Assembly (NCBI RefSeq): GCF_009914755.1
Contig: NC_060948.1
Reading direction: 5' to 3' (one strand)
Source of the DNA: the human T2T-CHM13v2.0 reference genome, Homo sapiens
DNA: 64,000 nt
The position numbers and the translations under genes are program-made. Position 1 is the stretch's first letter; each line of letters begins with the position of its first letter. The notes under the pieces were generated by a model. That model had not been told where the DNA came from and searched no databases. It worked only from the letters and a program-made list of their open reading frames with translations. This document shows positions 41,570-55,447 of this stretch, in pieces.

Positions 41570-42353
41570 TTTACTTAAATTTTAGCTGAGAACTATAATC
41601 TGTGATGTTGCTTGTAAACAAGCAGCACATGAGATTTTGTCTTGGATAGCCTGTGGAGTTAGAGAAAGGAGCAGGCAGGTCCCGGCGCTGTGACTGCTTT
41701 ACATTTATAAAGTCGCCATTTTTGCCTGTGCCATTTTTTGCCTGTGCTGGCTCCCTTCCCCAGCTGTGGGACACATGTGGCCTGGGTGGAATTTGTCACG
41801 TGTGCTTCTGTTCCACTCGCAGCAGGCTAGCTCTGGCTGCAGCTTGGCTCTTTGTTGCTTCTGTCACAGTGTGGGTGGAGTTTTTCTTTCTACTTACTGC
41901 TTCCTTGTCCTGGCCCTGTGGCTCTGGCTTTTAGTGATTATTCTTAACCCTTTATGTACCTGATTACTTGGCTGATTTTGCATTACCGGGCAGGCTAATA
42001 ACTCTCCTTTTATTGCTGCCAGCTGAAGACAGGGACTAATAACTGGAGGGTATTCCTGGTCCTTTTTCTTACGTATTGAAGAAAAAGGCTCAGGTAAAAT
42101 ATCTGTTTCTTCTTTGTTATTTTGGCTCAGTAATATTAGGGCTGACGGAAGAGGAGGTGATAAGGCAGGTGACATTTCCTCCTCGTTCCCCTTTATAGTC
42201 TGTTCTGTGTATAATGGAGACAGGGCTGCTGTAATGAAAGCCCATAACAGCTGGGACCTGTTGCCTTTGTGTCTGATGTTGAAGATTTATCCCCACTTGT
42301 TCTCAGAGTACTACATCCAGTGTTCCTTTTTCTGGGAACCATGATCTTGGGAT
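41570..42353 (-). pseudogene. gag: HML-5 gag, part downstream of the HERV9 insertion (internally deleted)
   Basis: WFPEKGTLDVVL betaretroviral matrix motif, proline-rich PALSPPLPSA, QLAAIKGELLACPVMQ. Confidence 0.8.
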
Positions 42354-42923
42354 TGTGTCCAGAATTGATTCCTTCCAGTGGGTTATTGGTCTTGCTGTCT
42401 TCAAGAAGAAGATGCAGACCTTCACAGTGAGTGTTATAGCTCCTAAAGGTAGTGCGAACCCAAAGAGCGAGAAGCAGCAAGATTTATTGCAAAGAGTGAA
42501 AGAGCAGAGCTTCCACAGCATGGAAGGGAACCAAAGCAGGTTGCTGCTGCTGGCTCGGGTGGCCTGCTTTTATTCTCTTATCTGGTGTCACCCACATCCT
42601 TCTGAGTGGTCCATTTCACAGAGTGCTGATTGGTCTGTTTTACGGAGTGCTGATTGATCCATTTTTATCCAGTGCTGATTGGTGTGTTTACAAACCTTTA
42701 GCTAGACACAGAGCGTGATTGGTGCATTTACAATCCTTTAGCTAGACAGAAAAGTTCGCCAAGTCTCCTACCCAATTAGCTAGACACAGAGCACTAATTG
42801 GTGCATTTACAAACCTTTAGCTAGACACAGAGTGCTGATTGGTGCATTTACAATCCTTTATCTAAACAAAGTAGTTCTCCAAGTCCCCATCTGACTGAGA
42901 AGCCCAGCCAGCTTCACCTCTCA
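42354..42923 (-). mobile_element. HERV9 3' LTR (LTR12 family, 570 bp)
   Basis: AGCTAGACACAGAGTGCTGATTGGTGCATTTACAA tandem U3 repeats with CCAAT boxes. PPT CCTGTTTAGAGAAGGGAT adjacent at 42924-42941. Confidence 0.92.
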
Positions 42924-43089
42924 ATCCCTTCTCTAAACAGGACATCTCAACTGCTGTTGGGAATTGGCCAATGACCTCTCTAGCTACTTCCTGCTAGATA
43001 GGGGCAAAGAATTATGCTGCAGTTGTAGTGTCCTCCAGAGGGGAACTCTTTAGGCCACGGAAAGGGCCAGGAGGTTGGTCCAGGGGTCC

Positions 43090-43810
43090 TCAGTTGAAGC
43101 TGTTAGTTGAGCTCATTTGGGGTTCCATTTGTAAGACCATCTCTAGGTTGATAGCCTCAATTCTAGAAGAAAGAAATTTGACAAGAAGGTTAACAATACA
43201 GGGCCCGAAGGCAAGTAATGGCAAGATGGCTGCCATGGGAGCTAGAAAGGGGAGGAGCCATGTTGCCCAACTCCAGAGGTTGGTATAAGGGTTTGAAAGA
43301 TGTCTGATTTCAGAAGCCTTTTCCTGTAAACACCAGGCAGCATCTCGTACTATGCCTCACTGGTTAGTGTAAAAACAACTCTCTTCCCCTAAGAAGGTGC
43401 AGAGTCCTCCTTTCTCAGCAGTGAGGTGGTCTAGTCCTCTGCAGTTTTGGAGTGTCACTGATGGTAAAGAATCTAGCTGGGATTGTAGAGTAAGGATAGA
43501 TTTTGTTATTTCTCACAAACTATCTGAGAAATCCTTTGAGAGTGTGTGATGGTAAGAAAATGAAGTAGATAAACCTGCTATTCTGGTTCTTGTAGCAGTG
43601 GCCATTTCTAACCCTATAAGTAGGGGTATTAGTTGTATGGCCCTGCAATGATGGACTTGAGCTTTGAGGGGCACTGATAGGGCCTGATTTCCTGGGGCAA
43701 TGTTAATGTTGGGACTTAGAAAGACTAAGGTGCAGGTGCCTGTCCAGTTAGTGGGGAGGCAGATATAGTTTGACATTCCACAGGAGAAGAATATGCCTTG
43801 GCTGGGTAGA
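43090..43810 (-). pseudogene. env: HERV9 env remnant (SU C-terminus plus TM)
   Basis: YICLPTNWTGTCTLVFL, fusion peptide AIQLIPLLIGL, immunosuppressive domain LQNCRGLDHLTAEKGGLC. Has stops and lacks the SU N-terminus. Confidence 0.88.
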
Positions 43811-43849
43811 TATTTAGAAATTTACCCTGGCTTTTAAAGGAATAGGGTA

Positions 43850-44070
43850 TACTGTTTTTTCTTTACTATTTCCATATCTCTTTCATTCTCTTTGACTTCT
43901 CCTTCATCTCTCTCTTTCTGTCTTTCTGACTCCCTCTTTGTCTGTCTGTCTCTTCCTCTCTCTCTCTCCCTCTGACTTTCTGTCTCTTCCTCTTTTTCCT
44001 TTCTGCTGGTCTTTCCCTGCCTCTGCCAGCTGCTTATGCTACTGTTCTCCCCTCTCCTTCCCCTTTTGAT
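43850..44070. repeat. CT-rich (AG-rich on minus strand) low-complexity tract inside HERV9
   Basis: TCTC/TCTG-rich run between the RNase H and env remnants. Confidence 0.85.
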
Positions 44071-46265
44071 GGCTTTGGCAGTGTAAGAGTGCCATGCCAC
44101 CTCCGTGGGTTTTTGCACTGTGTGCAATAACTCCATGATTTCCTTGTGGCATTTAATGGGGGTTTCCCCAGAGGTTAGGAACTCCCTTTCTTTCCATATT
44201 GCAGCATGGGCATGTAGGATCAGATGAGCATACTTGCTATCTGTATACACATTTATTCTTTTTCCCTTTCCCAGTTCTAAGGCTTGGGTAAGTGCCAGTA
44301 TTTCTGCTTACTGGGCTCTGGTCTCTAGGGGAAAACATTTACTTTTAAGTATAGTTACATCACTAACTATGGCATAACCTGCCCTTTGTATCCCATTCTT
44401 CACAAATGAACTTCCATCAGTATATAGGCTAAGGTCAGGATTACCTAAGGGGACTTCTAAGAGATTATCTTGTGCGGCATAAGTCTGGACGATAATTTGT
44501 TGGCAGTCATGCTTGATTGGATCCCCATCCTCTGGGAGAAAAGCGGCAGGGTTGAGGGCCATGCATGTACATATTTGAAGCACCAGTGCCTCAAGGAGTA
44601 GCACCTGGTATCTAAGAAAGTGGTTGTCTGATAGCCATAAACTTCCTTTGGCACCTAGTATGCCATTTACATCATGAGTAGTCCAGACAGTGAGATCCTT
44701 TCCTTGTATTATTTTGATAGCCTCTGACACTAAGACAGCCACTGCTACAGCTACCCATAAACAGTGAGGCCAGCCTTTTGCTACTACATCCATTTCCTTA
44801 CTTAGGTATGCCACTGGTTGGGGGATTGTTCCACAAATCTAAGTAAGAACTCCAAGAGCTATCCCTGCTCTCTTGGTGACATATAAAGAGAAGTTTTGTC
44901 CTGTGGGAAGGCTTAAACCGGGAGCCTGTACTAGCGCCTGCTTTAAGGTTTTAAAGGGTACTTTTGCCCCTAGTTCCCATTCTACTAGATGAGTATTTAC
45001 CCTTTGGGTCTCCTTGATTACCGTACAGAGTGGTCTGGCCATCTTGCTGTATCTGGGGATCCATAGTCGGCAAAAGTGGGTGGTTCTAAGGAACCCCCGC
45101 AACTGTTTTAATGTCTTGGGGTGAGGATAAGCCAGTATTGGCTGTTTTCATTCCTTGCTGAGGGCCCTGGCCCCTCTGGCTAAGATTAGGCCTAAATATT
45201 TGACCTGCTGTAGGCAAAGTTTGGCCTTTGACCTAGACACCTTGTACCCTTGATTAGCTAGAAAGTTCAAGAGATTTAGACTAGCCTGCTGGCATGAGGC
45301 TTCCAAACCAGTAGCCAAAAGTAAATCATCCACAAGCTGAAGGACCAGAGTCCCTGGACATGACAAGTGGCCTAGATCTTGGGCCAGTGCCTGACCAAAC
45401 AGATGAGGGCTATCCCTAAACACTTGAGGCAAGACGTTCCATGTAAGTTGGGACGTGTGATCTGTGGAATCCTCAAAGGCAAAGAGAAAGTGGGAGTCAG
45501 AGGCAGAGGAATACAGAAGAAGGCATCCTTGAGGTCCGGAGCTGTGAACCATTCTGCTTCCTCTGGTATTTGAGAGAGCAGGGTATAGGGGTTGGGTACA
45601 ACTGGATATAGAGGAATTACTGCCTCACTGATGAGTCTAAGATCTTGCACTAGTCTCCACTGACTGGGTTTTGGTCTCCTAGAATTGGAGTGCTGCAGGG
45701 ACTGCTGCATTTCCTTACTGAGGCTCAAGATTTTAAATGTTTAACAGTATCCTGTAATCCTCTATGAGCTTCAGGCCTTAAGGGAAATTGCCTTTGATAA
45801 GGAAAAGTGGTGGGATCTTTTAGCCTGATTTGGACTGGGCAGGCATTTTGCCCTTCCAAATTGTCCTTCCAATGCCCAAACTTCAGGGTTAATTCCCTCC
45901 TCAAGCCACAGACAACAAATGGGTAACTTGCTCCCCATATTCATGTAGATAATAGCTCCAGCTTTGACTAATATATCCCTCCCTAATAAGGGTGTGGGAC
46001 TTTCAGGCATATTAAGAAAGGCATGTGAAAAGAGCAAAGTCTCCCAATTACAACTGAGGAGTTGGGAGAAATACCTGGTTACAGGCTGTCCCAGCATTCT
46101 TCAGATGGTAACGGATCTTGAGGACAGTCGTCCAGGACAGGAGATTAACACCGAGAAGACCGCATCAGTGTCCAGGAAGAAGCCAATTTCCTGGCCATTA
46201 ATGGATAAGCATACCCATGGCTCAGTGAGGGTGACGACATGAGCTAGCACTTGCTCCAGGCACCC
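44070..46265 (-). pseudogene. pol: HERV9 pro-pol remnant (protease, RT, RNase H; integrase absent)
   Basis: Protease FLDTDAVFSV and PTPLLGRDIL. RT WRLVQDLRLI, DLKDAFF, LPQVFRDSP and LQLVDDLLL (catalytic Y replaced by L). RNase H LYTDGSS and YTDSKYA. Multiple frameshifts. Confidence 0.92.
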
Positions 46266-48039
<1,774 letters not shown>

Positions 48040-49140
48040 CCGAAAGAGAAAACGGCCCACTCTTTTTGTTTGTTTGTTTCTCCACCTGCCCAAGAACCCA
48101 CAATGGATCCTGGACCCTGCTGATCAGAATAGTTGTGCTCACTGATGCAGCAGCAGAAACACTGGTTTTCCTCCTGGACCACAACAAAACCTGCAGCCTT
48201 GCCTGTCCACCCAGACCACAAAGAGGACTGAGAAAAATCGGATTTAGTGGCCCTTACTGACATATTCTCAAAAACCTGTTAGAGTCCTAAGCATTATCCT
48301 GTTAATATTGGGAATTTATCCTTGTCCTATAAAGATGTTATGCCCCAAAAATGAAGTGGAGGGCCATACCCTGAGGGAGGGAAGAGATCACCAGAGTCAG
48401 AAGAGTGATGCCTTTTGTCCTCACTTATATGAATAAGAAAGATACAATTTCTGAGGCGTCCCATATCCTAGCTTCAGGAATAGGTTTTGTTAAGCCTGTT
48501 TGTCTGAGGAGGGATCCTAAAATTCCAGATAGTCCCCCTTAAAATGGGGCTTTGGGCAAAAATTCTCTCTTTCTGATTGCTGAGCCTGAGTGCCAGGAGA
48601 AGGGAATAGAGTCCTGGAGTTTATACCAGAAATAGTTCTTACAGGAGAAACTAGAAAAGCACCAGAGACAGGGAGTGGTTTTTAGAAGCAGGACTAGCCT
48701 CAGAGAACAGAAGCAAGAGGAAGATTGTCTGACAGGCTTTAGGACCCAGGAGGCAAGGCTCAGGATAGATAGGATAGATGGGAGAGTCTCGCTTGGGCGA
48801 CATGACTAAGAGTTCCGCCATGGCTGCAGGGTCAACCAATTTGTTGTTGGGACCATGGAGCTGAATGGTTTTCCTATCAACCCTCATCTCAGCCCAGAAG
48901 TACAGGGAAAGTGGAAGCTAGTTCCATGCAAACCAACACTCCCAACTCCGAAGAGTTGGGGTTGCTAGAGAGCCCTTTCCCAGAAAGCCTGGCACCCATG
49001 TCTTTAGTTCAGTGACCAAGCTAGTTGCTTTTAACTGGCTGACAGGTGCCTGCTATTTAGCCCTAGAATTCTAAGGAAAAATAGGACAGAATAGCAAGCA
49101 CAAGGGGTCGATGGTACTCACTGCTTGGCAATAGGCAATA

Positions 49141-49158
49141 GTCCCTTTGTGGTCACCA
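49141..49158 (-). promoter_or_regulatory. HERV9 primer-binding site (tRNA-Arg type)
   Basis: TGGTGACCACAAAGGGAC on the minus strand, 3 bp inside the 5' LTR. Close to the ERV9 Arg PBS TGGCGACCACGAAGGGAC. Confidence 0.85.
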
Positions 49159-49161
49159 AAG

Positions 49162-49971
49162 TGTGTCTGGAATTGATTCCTTCCCATGGGTTCTTGGTCT
49201 CACTGACATCAAGAATGAAGCCATGGACTCTCACGGTGACTGTTACAGTTCTTAAAGACAGTGTGTCCAGAGTTTGTTCCTTCAGGTGTTCATGGTCTCG
49301 CTGACTTCAGGAGTGAAGTTGCAGACCCTCACAGTGAGTGTTACAGCTCTTAAAGTTGGTGTTTCTGGAGTTGTTTGTTCCTCTCAGTGGGTTCATGGTC
49401 TCGCTGACTTCGGGAGTGAAGCTGCAGAGCTTCACAGTGAGTGTTACAGCTCTTAAAGGTGGTGCATCCAGTGTTGTTTGTTCCTCCCGGTGGGTTTGTG
49501 GTCTTGCTGGTTTCAGGAGTGAAGCTGCAGGCCTTCATGGTGAGTGTTACAGCTCATAAAGGTAGTGTGGACCCAAAGACTGAGTAGCAGCAAGATTTAT
49601 TGCAAAGAGCAAAAGAACAGGTCTTCCACAGTGTGGAAGGGGACCTGAGTGGGTTGCCACTGCTGGCTGAGGTGGCCTGCTTTTATTCCCTTATTTGTCC
49701 CCACCCTCATCCTGCCGATTGTTCCATTTTACAGAGTGCTGATCGGTCTGTTTTTAGCAAGTGCAGATTGGTGCATTTATAAACATTTAGCTAGACACAG
49801 AGCACCAATTGGTGCATTTACAATCCTTTAGCTAGACAGAAAAGCTCTCCAAGTCCCTTACCTGATTAGCTCTACACAGAGCACTGAGTGGTGCATTTAC
49901 AATCATTTAGCTAGATAGAAAAGTTCTCCAAGTCCCCACCCCACCCAAAGCCCAGCCAGTTTTACCTCTCA
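49162..49971 (-). mobile_element. HERV9 5' LTR (LTR12 family, 810 bp)
   Basis: Same termini as the 3' LTR. About four ~100-bp U5 repeats (~49190, 49288, 49390, 49493) plus U3 CCAAT repeats. Confidence 0.92.
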
Positions 49972-50095
49972 GGATTACAACAGTTTGCATTATGTCCCCT
50001 AATTGAGCCTGCAAAACTGATGCTCCACTAGCCTTAAGCAACTGTTTCAACACTTTTATATACTGTTTCTGTTGAGCTGATAAATGTTGTCCCAT
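49972..50095 (-). pseudogene. gag: HML-5 gag N-terminus
   Basis: MGQHLSAQQKQYIKVLKQLLKASGASVLQAQLGDIMQTVVI, a betaretroviral matrix start with the myristoylation Gly. Joins in frame to 42349 once HERV9 is removed. Confidence 0.88.
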
Positions 50096-50312
50096 GAGAA
50101 TACCTCAGCTTGACCCAACTTCTCCCAGAACTTGGTAACCTCGAGTGGGCACCAATGACTTACTGATTAGTCACTGACTTCACCACGTGAATTCTTTTTC
50201 CACCTTTGCTTTCAGGGAGTCTGTCGCATTCCTCACTCTTCCTCTACAGCTTTCCTCATGAGGGTGGTTCTCACACTTCCTTCACAGACTGCCTCACACA
50301 ATGGGCTCCAAC

Positions 50313-50863
50313 TGCAGACCTGGCGATGGGTGAATAAACTACCTGACACACAGATATCCTGCTTTGCCAGCAGCAGAGGGTCCGAGGCCACTCCCAGACT
50401 CCACGGAGAGTCCTGTAAAGAATGGAAGCCCACCCTGAGCAACTCACCCTCCAGGCATTTATTTAGTATAGAATTAATCACAGAAGCTTTGAGTAAACAC
50501 ACTTGTGGATAATTAACATTGTTAAGAGAATAGTTCTGTGAATGATTAAACCTCAGTTACCACAGTCTAAAGTAAATACCATTGGGGGCAATTTCTCTGG
50601 TCGAACTCCCTGGAGAGAGCCATGTTAGTTAGTGGAGGTAGAGTAAACAGACTTAACTGGAGAAGCCTCAGTTGTCCCTAGTATTTACCCTATGACCTAA
50701 TGCTTTAAGGTAAGAAGAGGTTGCCTTCAGCCTGTTCAATTATTACAAGCTATATAATAATTTTAGCCTTTTAGCCTGCCAAAAAGGTTTGTTACTATTC
50801 CTTATAACTTTTCCTAATACTTCCCTGTAATATTTCTGCCAGCGGCCTGAGTGAATCCAAACA
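50313..50863 (-). mobile_element. HML-5 5' LTR (LTR22B-like)
   Basis: Homologous to the 3' LTR from TGCAGACC onward. PBS-like TGGAGCCCATTGTGTGAGG at 50292-50310 (minus). Inner boundary uncertain. Confidence 0.82.
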
Positions 50864-51149
50864 ATTAACATCTAAAGAAACTTGCCTATTCTAACTCTTG
50901 AAAAATAGTATGCTCAAGAATTTGTCTAGGTTTCATGTATATGCAGATATACTAGTTTTCTTTTGGTTTTTACTTCCAGTTATATTTTATTGTAGTCAGA
51001 AATAATATTTTTTGTGATTACCGTCAGTTTAAATATGCTAAAACTTGCATTCTAGCTTAAAAGTTTGCCTATCTAAGAAAACATGCCAAATGTATATAGA
51101 AATATGTACTATGCAATTGTTGGGTGAAACATTTTGTAGATTATCCCCA

Positions 51150-51680
51150 GGTCTTATTTTGCTCTTTAACTTTTATTTTTCTATATATTTTTCTTTTTCT
51201 TTTTTATTTTGTATTTACTTTCATTTTTTCTATGCATTTAAATTTGTTTCTATCTTTTATTTTTTATATTATTGTCTCTTCATTTCAAATGTTCTCCAAT
51301 TTGTGTCTTGTTTGAAACATTTTATTTAATTTCTTTTTTATCTTATTTACTCCCATTCTTATCCCTTTATATTATTTTATTTTATTTCTCCATATTTATC
51401 TTTATTTTTACTTTTATTTTTTCTCCTGATTCATAAAGTTTTATTTTATTCTATTGCAAATTGTTTCATTTCTGTTTATTTCTCTTAATTTTATTGTATT
51501 TATTTTCTTCATCTTCATTTTATTTACTTTCCCTGATCTTAATTACATTTCTCTTTATTTTTCTCTATTTTGTTTCAGTTTATTTGTCTTTACTATTTTT
51601 AATTACTTTAAACTTATTTTTTAATTTTTTTCTCTTGATTTTACTTTTTTCACTTTATTTTTCTATATTTTGTATTGTAA
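51150..51680. repeat. T-rich low-complexity tract
   Basis: About 530 bp of TTTA/TTTC/TTAT-rich sequence with very little G. Confidence 0.9.
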
Positions 51681-52095
51681 ATCAGAAGAGATAAGCTATT
51701 TTAGATTGACCCAGCCATAGTGGTCAAAACTGGTGTTTGCTCAGGCTCTCTGGCAGCCACTCTACCTCAGGTATCTCCAATCCAGGGTATAGTCAGGGCC
51801 TTCTAGCAGGATTGCTAAGATCCCTGGGCAGATGTTTCATTGTTACAGAGCCATCTAGCATTAAGTCCACGGGCTATTTATCCTGCTTTCCGAAGCCACC
51901 TGTAAGCTTCAGTGTTGCTAGGCCAAGGGCCTGGCTGCCCCTTTATTTGTGTGCCAATTCATCCTTCACACATAATCCTGGGTACTGGCCCTTCTTCCTT
52001 CTTTACAAAGACAGGCTCCACACCCACTCCACTCCACCAGGGCATATCTAGAACACATGTGTGTCTTTTTGTTGTAAGAAAGAAAAAATATTTTT

Positions 52096-52390
52096 CTGTT
52101 TGTCTGTTTTTGAGACAGAATCTTGCGGTGTCACTCCACCTGCAGTGTGGTGACACAATCTGGGATCACTGCAGCCTCCACATCTCAGATTCAAGAACTT
52201 GTCTGGCTTCAGCCTCCCAAGTAGCATTACAGGCATGTACCACCATCCCCAGAAAATTTTTTTTTTTTTTTGGATTTTTAGTGGAGACATAGTTTCACCA
52301 GGCTGGTTTGAAACCCCTGACCTCAAGTGATCCATCCACCTCAGGATCCTGAAGTACTAGGGTTACAGGTGTGAGCCACCACGACTGACT
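52096..52390 (-). mobile_element. Alu (old S or J)
   Basis: Diverged dimer. TSD AAAAATATTTTT at 52084-52095 and 52392-52403. Confidence 0.88.
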
Positions 52391-53259
52391 GAAAAATATT
52401 TTTTGAATTTAAACTTGACATATAACAGATTTATTATGAAAATTTCAGCTTTATGGGTAGATATACATGCAATTATGTGTGTGTGAAAATGGTAATAATA
52501 TGAGAAGATAAACATTTCTACACCTTGTTTAATAAATTTATGGAGTTGTTATTTTATCTTTTCCTGTTTATCTCTACATGTTCAATGGAAAAATACTCAG
52601 TGAAGGCTCCTCAGTATGATAAAAAAAAGCTGTGCAATCAGACATTAATAGATGTACAGTGAAGTAACTTCTGGTTTTCATCTGGAGCTCTCATAGTTAG
52701 GACTGAAAACTCTTGGTTGTAAACTCATGTGATGAGGAATTATACTATGCTGTCCTCTTCTGCACATCTGTCTACCATCAAAATTGTTTGAATTTGCCAA
52801 AAGAAAAAAGTGGAAAGTTGTTTCCCTAACACCTACTCATCTCTCTTTCATAGTTTTTTTTTTTTTTTTTTGGTTTGGGCATTGTCCAGATTGCTTAGAA
52901 GCTCGTGATCACAGAGGACATATTTGTCAAAAGAAAGCTTTTTTGCACCAGGATTAAGTGAAGATGTTTATTACCCAGGGCCAATGGTTCCTCCAGAGCC
53001 AGGATGTAACCATTACTGAAACCAGAAAATGATGACAGAAGTTGAGAGCTGCTCATGGGGAAAGAAAAATGCTCCCTTTTGCTTTGAAAGTGGTCACTGC
53101 CTATTCTGGCATCAATCTTACATCTGACCACGATGTGTTTCATGTTCATCTTTCTTGGTATTCCACTGAAAGTTCATCTGAAAAAAGAGGCTTGAATGAG
53201 AGTAGTAAAGAGAACAATTGCATCTATAGCTGATGCTTTGGTGAGTTTTGAGGTTCAAG

Positions 53260-54000
53260 ATGTCAAAGAATAGACTCAGAACCAGTGAATGAGATATGGA
53301 GTTTTACTTTGGACTTACATAAAGTGGAGAAAGTCCAGTGTCAGTGGGCTTAGTAGGATAACAACAGCCACTTGCAAAAAGCCTATAGTTAGTATAGTAT
53401 TTTTATTTAACACATTTGTCTGAACAACCTTTCATCTGTCAGCCTTTATTTAACAAAAAATGAAAGGGCTTCAATCCTCTGTGTGGCCCGTGTTCCATGC
53501 CACAGGATAGGACAGACCAGGGTCTCAGACGTTCCTCATAGGTAAAGAATAACTTCTAGGTTGGCCACTACTAGATTTTTTTTTTCTTTGAGACAAAATC
53601 TCACTCTGTTGACCAGGCTGGGGTGCAATGGCATGATCTTCTCCTGTCTCAGCCTCCCATGTAGCTGGGATTACAGGCAAGTTCCACAATCTCTGGCTGA
53701 TGTATATTTAGTAGAGAAGAGGTTTCTCCATGTTGGTCAGGCTTATCTTGAACTCTGTATTTTTAGTAGAGAAGAGGTTTCTCCATGTTGGTCAGGCTGA
53801 TCTTGAACTCCTGACCTCTGATGATCCACCTGGCTTGGACTAACTAAGTTCTGGGATTACAGGCATTAGCCACTGCTCCCAGCCAGGCCACAATTTGATT
53901 TTTGTCACTTGGAAGTTTTAACACTCAGAAGCACTTTTAATGTAAGGTTAATGTCCAGCTATCCCCAAGTAAAGTTAACACTGTCAGTTGCATCCATCAT
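53260..54000 (-). mobile_element. Probable solo LTR (ERVL-like, family undetermined), interrupted by an Alu
   Basis: Starts TG. Contains GGAGTTTTACTTTGGACTTACAT and AGTCCAGTGTCAGTGGGCT...CCACTTGCAAAAAGC, resembling antisense R/U5 of class III LTRs. Right boundary approximate. Confidence 0.45.
53575..53888 (-). mobile_element. AluSp-like element with an internal deletion and a 55-bp tandem duplication
   Basis: GGTTTCTCCATGTTGGTCAGGCT (Sp type). 53701-53755 is repeated at 53756-53810. Confidence 0.88.
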
Positions 54001-54624
54001 ATATTCTGATTCAGACAACAGAGGTTCTTCTTCCTGAGACTCTAGATAAACAAATTTTTGCTTTTACCTGAATCACTCCATTGACAGGATTTTATTTAAG
54101 GGGCTGATGTGTGTGCACGTTGCTGGTATGGATATCTAAGTTAATGAGATGGCTTCTTAGCTGGTAGGATCTGTTCCTATTATAGGTTCATTCAGGCTGC
54201 TGAGGTGCTCCTTCTCCAGAATTTCACTCAATCATATCATTCTGGGGCTCCAGTACTATTTTACAAGGTGGGACATGCTGAAATAAACCCTAAAATTGTG
54301 GTTCAGAATGACCAGGCTGAGGCTGCCCTTTAAAAGGGAGAACTGCCAGGGTTGTGTATTATTATCCTTGCCATTCTGACATATCTTTTGTTATGGAGAC
54401 CAGAAAAGGATCTGAGTATGTGACAGTCCTCCTCCTAGAGTTGCTACTATTTGTACATGACTCTTAAGTGTCAAGGTAGGTTGTGAGCTCTCCCTTCCTG
54501 GCACAGCCTGAGTAGGCTAGAGCTCTGTGACCCTTGATGTTTGGCTCAGGCAGTCTTCAGAGGAATTTCAAAAATTATAGGGTGTGGAGGGTAGAGAAAC
54601 AGCTGATACAGATGGCAAGTTACG

Positions 54625-54746
54625 GGAGGCTGGAAGAGAATGGGACCTGTTTGAAACAGTACAAACCCTGCCTGGGTGTAGCTGAGGAGGCAGGAAGAGA
54701 ATGGGACCAACTTGAAACAGTACAAACCCTGCCTGGGTGTAGCTGG
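54625..54746. repeat. Tandem duplication, 2 x 61 bp
   Basis: GGAGGC(T/A)GGAAGAGAATGGGACC...TTGAAACAGTACAAACCCTGCCTGGGTGTAGCTG at 54625 and 54686. Confidence 0.95.
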
Positions 54747-55227
54747 ACAGTCAAGCCAGTTCTCTGATTTGGGATTTGTGCCACGGAATTAACAGGCCCA
54801 CTTTTGCTCTGGCCTGGGTGCTTAACTCTTGTTCTAGAACAAAATGTGAATTCTGGACTCTAGAATTTCTGTTTTACAGTCCAGTAGAGTGTAGAGGCCC
54901 AGGTTGGCCCACAAAAGAAGCTGTGGGTGGGCTTACCACAACTGACTGGTTGCTTCTCTGCCTACAATCAGAAGGAAGAAGAATCTTTTTTCTAAAGGCA
55001 AGCCCAGAGAGGATTCAGGCAAGCCCAGGGAAGTCTGAAACTTAAGGGAGCCTGTAAAGAAAAAGGTTCTTGCCTCAGATGAGTGCTTTTGCCCCTCTTG
55101 GCTTGTGGCTTTGGGGGCTCAATTTGCCCATCAGAATAAGGGGCAATGAAATCCCCTCAGTGAGAGGCTGCTCACCCTCCTTTTACCAAGCCACTGCGCA
55201 GTGCCCACCCTGCAGCTCCAGAAGGTG

Positions 55228-55447
55228 CATTGCCACCTCTCTTTCCCAGTTTCAAGTGATTCTTCTGCCTCAGCCTCCTGTGTAGCTGGGATTACACGCA
55301 CCCACCCAGATAATTTTTGTATTTTTAGTACAGATGGGCTTTCAGTATGTTGGCCTGGCTGGTGTTGAACCCCTGGTCTCTGGTGATCCACCTGTCTCAG
55401 CCTCACAAAGTGCTGAGATTTCAGATGTCAGCCACTGCACCCACACC
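55228..55447 (-). mobile_element. Partial Alu (3' end and tail missing)
   Basis: TTCAAGTGATTCTTCTGCCTCAGCCTCC...TTTTTGTATTTTTAGT...CAAAGTGCTGAGATT. Confidence 0.85.

Noticed and set aside
43090-43810. Syncytin-like co-opted env
   Set aside because: No signal peptide or SU N-terminus, damaged furin site and CX6CC motif, and in-frame stops.
43800-44100. Loss of integrase and most of env SU in HERV9, with an AG-rich tract
   Set aside because: As far as I recall this structure is common among HERV9 copies, so I did not treat it as locus-specific. Not verified by search.
51045-51694. Hydrophobic Phe/Leu/Ile-rich ORFs resembling membrane proteins
   Set aside because: Artefacts of the T-rich low-complexity tract.
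52980-53075. NHY...EVESC resemblance to USP9X/Y
   Set aside because: The spacing differs and the flanking translation does not match, so it is too short to call a USP9Y pseudogene.
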